The position numbers were made by a program, and so were the translations under genes. 64,000 bases of DNA. It comes from Botryllus schlosseri. Its lineage: Eukaryota. The notes below the pieces were generated by a model. The model was given only the letters and a program-made list of their open reading frames with translations. It had not been told where the DNA came from and ran no database searches. Where the stretch lies: NCBI GenBank assembly GCA_051294905.1, contig CM119372.1, positions 14,634,001-14,698,000 on the forward strand, written 5' to 3'. This document shows positions 14,301-26,000 of the stretch, piece after piece (within the stretch, counting starts at the first letter, position 1; every line of letters starts with the position of its first letter).

Positions 14301-14584
14301 CAAAAAACATTAGCATGCCACCACGAGTTTCGCGTTATCATGCGACCGCACCCATAAGACGAAAACGTTAGCATGTCACCCCCGCCATAAGACGAAAACG
14401 TTAGCATGCCACCCCCGCCATAAGACGAAAACGTTAGCATGCCACCCCCGCCATAAGACGAAAACGTTAGCATGCCACCCCGCCATAAGACGAAAACGTT
14501 AGCATGCCACCCCCGGTTTTCGCGTTAGCATGCGACCCCGCCATAAGAAACAATGGCGAATCACGACCGATCATACTAACTACT
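8351..14584 (-). repeat. Right arm of 6.2-kb inverted repeat
   Basis: Reverse complement of 1219-7452, with only a few differences seen by eye. Confidence 0.97.
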
Positions 14585-15671
14585 CACACAATGAAACCAG
14601 AATGCCATTAATCCTTACAGATAGTTTGATGATATGGAAGGTTATGACTATTGATGAGAGAATTCTCCAATATGAAATTCGGACTATACACGGAGCAATA
14701 GCTGTGAAATAGAGGTGAATCGCGCCAAGCGCGGAAAAAATTTCAGTTTACCGGAGCTTCGCGCCCCCTTCAGATACTTTCACGCCGCCCAAGGGATTGC
14801 GTTATGACGACTGTGGTGGAGTGCTGTAATCGACCTTGCTGGCGTGTTGTTTCACTGATTTTCCCTAATTGGTTTAATTTTAGTTGATTTCGTGAGCACA
14901 GTGAGATAGTGCTGCATACTAGCATATGTAATAGGCTAATACAATGCACATTTATCAAAGTACCGACTAGCTGCTAGGCATTTTAGCATTGGTGGCATAC
15001 ATGCATGTACGACACAGCCCCAAAAAATTAATATGGAGACTGTGAGTGCTGTGCGTCATCATAGTTATGCAGAACCTGGAAGGATTGTTAAAAGGGGATT
15101 TGGCAATTTTCTGGCATCCTTTGCGTCACCTAATTTATTAAAAGAGAAGGGTTGATTACGATGATTGTGTGAGCATACTAAATAATTATATATAGTATGG
15201 TATTGATATAGCGATTGTGCCTTCATAATATAAAATCGGAACCGAAAATCATCATTGTACTGGTTGATAAGCCACAGTGTCCCATATGGTGTGGACCAGA
15301 GCTGGATCAATTGTAATTTGTAATTTAGCTGAATGTCATTATTACATTTTTTCATGTAATTGTAATTGAAGCATTTCTATTTTGCGTAATTGTAATTTGA
15401 TGAAAATTTTGCTCAATTACAATTTCAATTACATTGTTATGGAAACCTGACAATCACAACATAAAATAATCAACCAATCAATCATTTATTCGTCACACCA
15501 GTGAAAATCCGGTACGGACCAGGATGACGACGAGGGCCGCAAGGCCTTAGTACACGGTCGCCACCTGTAATAATTAGCCTATTTACATCGGTGTTCCATG
15601 CGTGCCGCGTTATAAGTAGATAATTCGGCCATGCTAAACTGTTTCCCATACTTCAGTAGCAACAGAAAACT

Positions 15672-15810
15672 TTGGGACGCAACAATGCTGTCTGGCGAAA
15701 CGAGAGAGTAACGAGAGAGTAACTCTCTCGATTCGCCAGACAGCATTGTTGCGTCCCAATGCCAATCTCTCGTTTCACCAGACAGCATTGTTGCGTCTCA
15801 ATGCCAATCT
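15672..15810. repeat. Short hairpin with an extra direct copy of one arm (42-bp unit)
   Basis: ttgggacgcaacaatgctgtctggcgaa..gagagagt pairs with actctctc..ttcgccagacagcattgttgcgtcccaa (to 15759); the arm is repeated again at ~15766-15801. Confidence 0.75.
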
Positions 15811-18201
15811 CCAAAACAATGAAAAATTCGAGGCTGATTGTGGGGGTTCCAGGGCCGCGAGCGGAATAAAATTTATATTTTCGTAATCAGTGCAGAGTCA
15901 GCTTTCGATTGATACAAGTTTTACCAAATTTAATGCTCGGCAAGCCGGTCAAAAATGACCGTCAAATTGCCTGTAGCCAAATGGAAATTGTGACGTGATA
16001 CAATTTCACTCAGGCGTGAGATTTGCTTGTGTCGACACCTTATAGGACACTATGCTTTTATCCTAATCCAATCCAAATCCGACAAAATTTCGCAAATCCT
16101 GTTTTTACAAATCCTAATCCACATCCATGCTCATTGCTCATCTCTGCTAGGGTTACCATATTTTTGTATAGATAACCGTAGGCTAGTTATCTATAATTTT
16201 TGTGACCCAAATTCCGGACGCTTTTTAGCGTGCACTAGTGGATTTCAAAATGAGTTATGAGCACATTGTCTGTCAATATGACGTCACACCAGCAAAGCTT
16301 TGCTTATCGACCTTAGGTGGTTACGAATCAGAGAACCAGGATCAGGAGTGTGTGGCTGTGTGTTGTGTAATCGGGACCGAAACCACATTTTTTCAGCCCC
16401 GTCCCGCCCAAATAAACAATGATTTTGGGCCCACTATAGGATAATCGATGCGACTTCTAGGGGGCTTGCTATATGCATCTGGTCGTTTTTTTGGAATGAC
16501 TTCTGTCAATAACATTGTTTCTTCCATATTACTATATAGTTTGATCCTCTCTCCGCCACACAATCAGAGTTTGCGGTAGAGCTGGTAGAGGATAATGACT
16601 TCGAAAATACAGGGAGCGTAATTGCACATCGTTAAGTCATGTTCATGTCACACCGATAATATTGTTGATCAGCCTTATGCCGGTGGACACCACGGAGCTT
16701 TATAACCACCCCACATCCAATCGTTTCCAACCTGTCATGGTCGCGACTCCATTTCTAATTTGTACGGTGGCCCTTATCAAAATTAGACGAGCTGATTACT
16801 AAAAGAAGTTAGCACCTTTGCCCAGACTTACTCACGGGGTATTTTGAAATCTGACTACGTTCAGCATCTTCGCGAAACCCAGAATAAAGGCAAACGACCC
16901 CCACGTTTGGAAGCACTATCTCTGAAAAAAGCATTTAAACGACCTTAACCATCTCTAGGAATATACCGTTCTCCTATAATTGTTATTACAATTTAGTTTA
17001 TTTCAGTAAACGAAGGTTATTTATATTTTATTGCAGTTTTTCCTAGGGTGGTAGTCCCCATATTAAAACATTGAATGTGATAGTAAATGACGCGCAGAGC
17101 GACGAAAAATATCATGTAGCATATATATTCCCCAAAATATGATGTTATTATGTTGATTTACGAAAAAATTATGAGCCTACGTCAAGCCTTCAAAATTGCG
17201 GACATTTAGGCATATTTTAAAAATTCTTCCCTGACGCAAGTTTGAGCAGTGCAATTCTGGACGTGTGGTATGGTTTATATAGCTCAGTGATTGCAACCCT
17301 AGTATAGCCTATCCTCCAAGCCTGGTTTCTTTTGTCTGAATCTATGGTCGCTTCTTATTCAGTCAACCGTAACATGCATTGCCTGTGTGTTCTGTGTTGT
17401 GTAAAGCGTTGTTTTTACAGTGATCATCATCATCATCATCATTGGTTTATTAGCAATTGTATCAGTTCAATACACCACAAAAATGCGATACAATGAATAG
17501 ACAGGAAGATGTCGAAGCGACTTGGAGTAGTCTATGGAATCAGACACCCACCTTGGCCTAGGCGATGTAAATAGGAGGCATGCACACTGAATGAAAGTAA
17601 AGAAGACACTGAGCTATATGTAAACAAAACAAGCAAGTAGCAAGGTTGTATTTGAGGTGCGGAACCCAGGTCAGTAAAACCATGCATCCCTTGGCTTCAA
17701 ACTCTTGGAAACTGCTATAAATTCTTTGCGTGAGGCCTTGCAATAGTCTCAGTTACATTAGTCATCAGGCTATAAAAAACAGTCACCCGTAAAGTGTATT
17801 AATATTAGGATTATAATGTATCCGTTATTCGTTGAGTAATAATCAATCGTCCGCGTTAGTATTCTCATCTACACAGAACGCAGTGTGATGAATATTAATA
17901 GCATGAATGTTCAGTTGAAATCAACAGACGAACCTTCGTCTGGACCGTTGTGTAGTGTCAGCCTGTATGGAATCGGTGTGCTATGCTCACACTATATTCT
18001 ATTTTTTAATTATTTTTTATTGAATTACTTTAACTTGGAAAATCATCGCTGCTCACCTGATATATCAGGCAAAAAGGCCAGCGATTCCAATCAGGCCGCG
18101 GTGCCGGTATATCAATATACGTCGAGTTATAATAATTGTATTTTAATGAAAAATATTTTGAAACCAAATAAACACCTTTTATTATAGATTTCGAGTCCGT
18201 C

Positions 18202-19026
18202 ATGGAATATACTCAAGCCTGTCCATCTGGATATAGTAAAATTTTTGTGAAATACGACTCCTCGTGTAAATACAGTCATGAGCTGCTGTTTAAACCGGAT
18301 GAAACAAGAAAAGAAAATTCGCTGAAGCCCGCAGGAAGAACGTTACTAGTCGCCAACGTTCCACCATATTGCAGCAAAACCAATCTTGAAAGGATCTTTT
18401 CAAAATTTGGAAAGGTTGATTCCGTACATCTAGTTCACGCCCTGGGCGGTGAATCCGAGTATCACGCGAAGCCTCCTGTTGTCACCGACTTGACTGACAA
18501 TGACAGGAAATACTTTCCAAAGAAAGAAGAATACGGCTGTCCTTTTGCCTTTATAGTCTACCAAGACAAATCATCTATTACTAAAGCTATGGGCCAAACG
18601 ATCAAAGTAGCTCCAACTCTTTTATCGCGAAATGAAGCGATCGGTATGAAGAAATGGGCACAAGAGTATTACAGCCAGTTCCCAAATCAAGATGAACTGA
18701 AAACTAACATCGACGCTTATATGGCGAGATACGATCGTGCGATACTACAGAGAGAGGAGCAAGAAAAACTTGCGGGCGAGGAGGACAATGACGGGTGGAC
18801 AAAGGTGACAAAGGGCGGAAAGACTCCATTTATCGCAAGAACCGAGGCTAACCAGTTGAAAGCCAAAGAAAAGAGGAGGAATAGAAGCAGGGATTTGCTG
18901 AACTCGTATTCCTACCAGATAAGGGAGTCGAAGCGACAAAAAATTGCAGAGCTTCGAGAAAAATTCCAGGAAGACAAGCAAAGGGTGCAGGAAATGATAG
19001 AGGCGAGAAAATTCAAGCCATTTTAA
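18202..19026 (+). CDS. RRP7A: Ribosomal RNA-processing protein 7 homolog A (intronless, 274 aa)
   Basis: N-terminal RRM-like region (RTLLVANVPPYCSK..L..IFSKFGKV), FAFIVY, G(M)KKW, and the C-terminal RRP7 motif EEDNDGWTKV...LLNSYSYQIRESKRQKIAELREKFQEDKQRVQEMIEARKFKPF. Confidence 0.93.
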   Translation: MEYTQACPSGYSKIFVKYDSSCKYSHELLFKPDETRKENSLKPAGRTLLVANVPPYCSKTNLERIFSKFGKVDSVHLVHALGGESEYHAKPPVVTDLTDNDRKYFPKKEEYGCPFAFIVYQDKSSITKAMGQTIKVAPTLLSRNEAIGMKKWAQEYYSQFPNQDELKTNIDAYMARYDRAILQREEQEKLAGEEDNDGWTKVTKGGKTPFIARTEANQLKAKEKRRNRSRDLLNSYSYQIRESKRQKIAELREKFQEDKQRVQEMIEARKFKPF

Positions 19027-19658
19027 AAAACGCTATCAAAGCGAAACTGGAAAGGCAAAGAATCGTTTGCAGGGAAGCGATGCCGCAAACACCGATAGGA
19101 TTTTAGTGAGGGAAAGAATTTGCTGACAAGAGCTGTCAGAAACAATAAGACACGCATGAGGCCTCGTCATGAAATATGGGATATGCGAGTTGAGATTACT
19201 GTACTGTTGTGCCATTGATTGCATGGTGACAATTTGGTTTGGGATCTTTAAGCCATACGGTAGCCGACTGTGCTCGCAGCCACCGCTAGAGCACAATATC
19301 AGATTTATAATGACCATATGCGTCATCATCATCCTTGGAAAAAGACTGCTGATGGGCACAAGATGTGATTTCACGTCCCGAATCCGGTGTAATATGCTTG
19401 TATTTAACACATTTCGTGTGGCAGCAAAACGACTGAAATACATTTGAAAACTGGCACACAATCATAGAAAATAGTAATAAACAAATGAATGAATGTCAAC
19501 GTGTCATGAATGGAAACGTTACTACAGTATCAAGGAAGAACGTGCGCATTTATTCGACTCGAAGCAATGAGTGCGTGACCAACAGCTTAAGTAACACAAT
19601 AATATAAACAAACTTGGCATATTTTTCAACGTATTGAAGCGAATGATGCAGGATGAGA

Positions 19659-20014
19659 CTAACTCTCGGTCTCGTATTTCTCAACGAGATCAGGTGGCAA
19701 GTCTCCCGTCCTCAGAAGATTGCGGCATTTATCCTTGAGCATCCCAGGAGTCCGCGATCCCAAATCCTCGTAGCCGTCGTCAAGCATGCTCGACCAATTA
19801 CCGCGCGGGTGCTTACGAAGTAGGTCTATCAAAGCTGCTGTTTCAGTTGCGGTCCATTTATGCCTCACACGATCTCTCCGTCGCAATCTATCCAGCTCCT
19901 TTCGGCGCTTCTCTCTTTTGTCTTTAGCTTGTTTGCTGCCACTGTACTTATGTGTGGATCTTGATTTCAGTGTTTTGAATGCGTTGATTGTGCTTGGTCG
20001 TGTTGGAGATCCAC
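19659..20014 (-). CDS. Terminal exon with telobox Myb domain (Myb4)
   Basis: Acceptor taacag, then GGSPTRP...RHKWTATETAALIDLLRKHPRGNWSSMLDDGYEDLGSRTPGMLKDKCRNL...TAG; resembles TRF helix 3 RTxxMLKD(R/K)WR. Confidence 0.85.
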
Positions 20015-23000
20015 CTGTTATAGCACATTAACAAGCAAAATAATTAGGCCATTGCGATACCACTCGAGTACCAGACTTCGATTTCCCGCATCATGGTGTT
20101 CGGATTCAAAAGTTCCTCTCCGACCATGAGTGACCGGCATGCTTTTCTTAATGATCATACCATGATATAATTTTGTTTTAAAAAAAGGCCCACTAATTTG
20201 AAAAGTTATGTTAATCTGCATTTGATGTCCTAATTATAGATGCTTGAACCCTCAACAGGATGGTTAATTCTGACCAAGGAAATGGATAAATCTTGTCGGT
20301 TTCACCCGTCCTCGTGCTATCGTTTATATATCACTGTAAGCAGCTTGCAACCGGATCAATGTCAATGGTTACGGTTGTTCATGAATTAAGGCTCTTATTG
20401 CAAACCATATGTAGCCTAATACAGATTTGGCTCCACTGCCCGAAAACCGTAACTCTTGGCGTGACATATGGTTGAGCCATAACTGCTACATATTCTCCAT
20501 GTCAATTAGCCACACACTATTTTTAAGAATTTCTATTGAAGTTGTCAAAGCGCATGGAGAGCGAACATTTGTGAATATGGAATAGTGTGTAGCATCAAGT
20601 TATTGACAGTAGAAAGAACCGGTTCAATTAGTCACATCAAGGTGAAGTAACGCTGTATACCAGGGAGATTGCATAATTGGTAAATCTACTGCAGTTGACA
20701 CAAAGAGAACCCAGTTCGAGTCTTGGGAGTGATTTGAATAGTTGTGTTTACCTGGGATACGCTTCCGCTATGTTACTGTTCTTAATGTGTCGCTGTATAG
20801 ATCTCTTTTGCCTTAGGTTCCCGGCCTCCGGTATAATAGCTTAGCTCAGAGGTTCTCAGCAAGGTTTTCTGTGACACTCACCACTGCTCGGAAATCGGAA
20901 AACTTTTACCATGATTGACAGTAGTCGAAATTGTATATTGATGTATTCAGACATTGACGAGTTGAATGTCATGCCACAAGAATAGAATAAAATTTGGTTC
21001 CCAGGGTGTTACCTATGCTACTTCCATGCTTCTCTCATCAAGCTTCGGGTCCCAAATGTGACACCAACAGCGAATAAGTTTGACAACCTCCGGGTCTGAT
21101 TATAGTCCACACGGAAAAATATGAAGGATATGTAACTTGTGGCTAGCTCAAAAACGATTTACTTCCAACTATGTCCATTTCATATATATATAACTTGCGA
21201 TAGCATGCGGGTCAGGAGGCACAGAATGCCAGTTCGTCCCTTCACCCTCAATTGCATTCTGGGCATATCTGGCGTCTAAGTAGATCACACTTTACCTTGC
21301 AACTGACCGGAGCTCTTTTCATTCTCGCTTTCGGTAGAAGTGCTCTGCCCTTCCAGTGTGCTCGGCGAACGACTTCGGAGATGAAATTTCGGTTTGCTCT
21401 ACCGCAAAACAAACGCAGTGGTGTAATTACGAAAGCAGTACAGATTGCAATCAGTATCTACCGTTTGAGTAGCGGCATCCATGCTTCTGTTGAGTATTGG
21501 AGAGTTCGAAGGATCTGTTTCTGATATGAACGCAACGCAGTTTTACCACCGAAATAAAGCTGACTGAATACAATTACCTGAATTGGTGATAATGTGCAGG
21601 CTGTTCTCCTCGTCGGTAGAACGCAGGTCGCTGTTCAACGGATCCTGAACAAATAAAATTTTTAAGTACGCCAACGGGTATTAACTAAACATATTTCCCA
21701 ACCTCTATATCCGAAGAGTTTGATATGACCCTCCTACGTTTGATCATCACAGGACCCTGAAAGAACCAAAATTTCAAATACGACAATTCTTAATAACGAA
21801 ACATATTTACAATTTGTATTTACCTCAGAATCAGAAGAACATGTGTCAGTGGGATCAGCATCAGGATTTCTGAAATAAAATGTGGAAAGGCTACATCTTG
21901 CGATGTTACAATTGTGCGGCGGTAAAAGCAGAATAAGAATGTATTTTAGCAGGACTATGCAAGCGCTTGGATGCGCGTCACCTTGTTAACCACGGGGATT
22001 CCACGCTGGAATAAATCATGAATGGGTGACGCAATTATTGGTCTCACATCCATGTAAGATTCAGTGTCAAAGTAACATATTCAAGGACTGTAAACGTAAC
22101 ACACTACTACACTAAAACTTTCACCGCATTCTTGGGCAGAGCAAGGTGACACTCTGTAGTCGGGGTTTCGGTAAATTTTCTCTTCATAAGTCAGAATCAC
22201 GGAAAGCACATACTGGCTGACTCTGACTCCATCCACCTCAAAATTGAACCAAATGTTCCTTAAATAGTGTCGGTGAAGTTACAGAAGTTGTCAAGTTTTT
22301 CATGTAGGTGGGCCTTCAATCATAATTCCTTTCTACAAGCTCAAATTATTTCAACTAAAAAATGGTTGAGCCACCTGATACTAACAACTAAAAATGCATT
22401 AAACGTGTAATCTTCAGAGTAGATTTACGAGAATGTTGGATTCAAGTCGGAGTTTGTGAAGAAACTATTGGGAGTCAGAGTTGGTATATTGAAAATGTCT
22501 AAAGTTAACTATAAAGTAGGGTTGCCATACGTCCGGAATTTCCCGGGCATGTACGGAATTTCACTGTTCAAACTGCGTATGGGAGGAAATTCAAAAATAT
22601 GACTCATGTCCAGAGTTTTGAAGGCTTGAAATAGGATCGATTTTTTTTCGTAAATCGACATAACCGATATTATTTTTTGGGCAGATTTATGCCACATGCC
22701 ACTTATACTTTTTCTTCGCGCTGCCCGCGATTTAGTGACAAATCAATTGATTTTAATATGTGCACTGCCGACCTCGCAATACATGCATAAAAATAACCAT
22801 CATTTACTGATACAAGTCTAATTGTAATCGCAAAATCAAATCAAATCAAAATTTCATAGTGATATATGGAAGAATCAATATTATAAACAGATTTCATTCA
22901 CAAAATTCAATGACCAGATAGATGCATATAGAAACCAGATGTTGCCCCTCAGAAGTTACATCGATTACCATATGGTGGGCTCAAGATCAGTATTTATGAG

Positions 23001-26000
23001 GATGGGAGTGGGCTGAAAATGTTGTTTCGGTCCTGGTTACAACACACGACCACATAACTGCACCGACGTAACATTATAGCGGCTCCTGATGAGGATTGTG
23101 TCCACCTCTGGTCGATAGGCAAAGCATTGCTAGTGCGACGTCATATTGTGTCTTAACTCATTTTAAAAACCACTAGTGGGCGCTAAAGGGTATCCGGAAT
23201 TTGCCTCACCAAAATATGGTAACCCTACTGTAAAGTGAACCAAAGCACTGCTGTCACCGAATGTGTTGGCGACAGCTTCACGGGTTCGAAATTGCCCGGC
23301 CGACTTGAAATTAATACCTAAATAATCTTCAAATTCATCAACGTAAAATCCAACCAACTTTTTTCGGCAGTTGAGAACCTTGTTTTTCAACTGCTCTGCG
23401 ATCTCCTCAATGTTTTCGGCCAGCTTTTTGTCGATGCATTCAATCGACCCGTCGACAACTTTAACCGCATTTTTGCTGCACAATTTACTCCATCTGAATA
23501 ACATGATACTGAGTATGCTCACTCGCAAGGTTCCAACAAGCACACCCGGCCCAACCCACCTTTCTTCCATATCCGCCACGGTGATGTGGCTCCGGAAATC
23601 CATGTATTCTTGTATCGCGTGCCATCGCTGTCCCAGATGCATGGCTCCGCACACCAGATATCTCGATCGGCTCCGATAACTCGATAACGGCCGATAACTC
23701 GGCCGATAACTCGATCGGCAGGAACTTTACATCGCTTGCATCAGAAGTCAAGCTGCCCTCGGAAAGTGCAGGGCTGAAAATACGACTCAAGTTGATTCGA
23801 GACTTTGAGATAACGAAGGAGGCTGGCCGAGTAGGTATTTGAAAGTAACTGCATAAATATATACTCGGCAATGAGTAGAAGTGGCGAGACAAATGATACT
23901 TACTTCAAGTAGAAGTATAAAATCAAGGTTCAAAAGTACTCAAGTTGAGTATTTTCTATAAGTAGATTGGTTCGAGGGGTCCTGTGTAGTGTCTACGGCA
24001 GGATTGTCAAACTCAAGTTGCGTCACGGGCCGGATTCAAAATTTCAAACCGCTCGCGGGTCAGACCAATAAAATTATTCCAAAATGTTACCTCAGAATCC
24101 ATGCCCGTGTTGTCAACTTGAACACTCAATTATCCAACCTATGGATCAGTGCTGTATTCTGTCAATACCCTTATTTGCGAGCAATGTCATTGGTAAAACG
24201 TCTACGATTGGTCAGTTGAATACAGTTATATAAATTACTAAAACAATGACAATGACTGTAACGACGATAGACGTTGACATCGTGATCTGGCAATTGTTCT
24301 GTGAATGCGTTGTGAGGAATACACAAGATTTAACTGCATAAACGCAGGCGTTCAAATTTGGTTCATTATTATTGTTATATCGGGATTTGTATTTTCAGGA
24401 ATTCGAGGAACCGTCAAGTCAGAAGTGAAAACGAAGTGCGACCGCAGATATTTTAAATATATTTTTGTGTAACAATTATGTTCTCCATGCAGTCTGCATA
24501 ATACCGGTTTTGAACTGGCGTTTTCACTTCTGTGAATAACTATGTTTTGGTTCATTTTCCCGCAAAACTCCGAGCTCAGTGTGCACATTTTTCTTTAAGG
24601 AATCGGGTGTCAATGGCAGCGACTTGTTGCTGATGGTATAGTAATGTGACCTATTAACACACTGAACATTTCTGTCTTGAGGGATTTAAATAAGTGTTTC
24701 GTACTAAAAATCTCAACATTAGTCTGAAATGTGCAGGATAATACAGCCATTTTCAGAATCACTTCACAGGCCGTATGTTGATCGGAGTGGCTACTTTTGA
24801 AATTGCAAGGTGAGCCTTTGTGAATAATGCAAAAAACTAATGATGCTGCAGATAGCTGGAATCTTTGGGGATATAGTCAGGTACCGGTACCACGATAAAG
24901 GGGATGTTTTAAACGTGTCTTATGACAATTTCACTCAAAAAAATAAAGCAAATTTATCCCAAATCTACTTTTCAAGATCCAAATTGAGTAGTATGGTGAG
25001 TGGGGGTAATCCAACACATAACTACTTAAGTGAAAGTAGGTAAACCATACTCGGGTACTTAGAAAATGTAGTGCTTTGTTACTGACCACCTCTGCTCAGT
25101 TCCGCAGACTCTGGATAACAATCAGCCGTGATATTATTATTGAAAGGCGACGTTGCCTTGCAGGTCTCATACTATCCGCAACGAGTAATTTACACTTTAA
25201 TAACATGAACAGTAGGGTTGTCCAAAATTTGGAAAATCTTACAAATCCTCCGTTGTAATGTCTTATTCTATAGATTATTGATAAAAAACGACAATGGGCC
25301 TAAAAGAAACTCACAGGAAGGCCGTTAAGATTTCGTGCAAAGCGTTTGAAAGTAGCTGCCTAAGAATGGGCGTGCCACCGGCCATAGAACGGCGTGAAGA
25401 CTAGTAATCACGGCTCTTGATTTGCTAATCGGCTATGCTTCAATGGCCACGAGAGCAGCAGCAAGTTGATTAGGTGATCAAGAAGTCTGCTACCGGCGGC
25501 GATTGTGAAAGCGCATTGCATGTAGGTTGGCAGATAATGGTTTAGGATTGATTCAGGGTATGTTGAGGTACGAAATACATGAAGAACAAACAACAGCTGC
25601 TTCACAAAAACGTCCAAAGCATGACCGCTTTATTGTGAAGGAAACCGCCGCAGCCTATATGCCTTGTTTTCAACGAGGGAAAGCATAGGCGCTTATGCAA
25701 GTGGCAATGGATTCCTAGTTTTAGAAAGGATATATCATTATTGAATACAAATATAAAGCTTAACAACGACACTATTAGTTGTGTGATCTTATTGGGCTCA
25801 GGTGGTAGTACATAGTTGAAGTTTTGAATGCTGTAAGAATCGGCGGGTTATGCTTCGCACTTATCAGATGCTTACATCAAATTGTATTCACTTGCAAGTG
25901 TTGCTAAAGTCCTTAATGATGACACAGGAAAGCGGTGTAATAGTAAGCACATACTATGCTGGATATGATATGTCAATGATATGGCAAAGTCCTTAATAAA

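Larger units (their letters stand above)
1219..14584. mobile_element. Non-autonomous, almost fully palindromic Maverick/Polinton-type element (13,366 bp)
   Basis: Starts AGTAGTTAGTATGATC (1219), ends GATCATACTAACTACT (14584), and is flanked by the direct 6-mer CACACA (1213-1218, 14585-14590). AG...CT/AGTAGT termini plus a 6-bp TSD are established Polinton hallmarks. No recognisable pPolB, integrase, ATPase or capsid ORF. Confidence 0.85.

Noticed and set aside
18745..19461. Antisense and downstream ORFs around RRP7A (and antisense ORFs over RIC8/PFDN6)
   Set aside because: Shadow ORFs of real genes or UTR sequence with no recognisable motifs.
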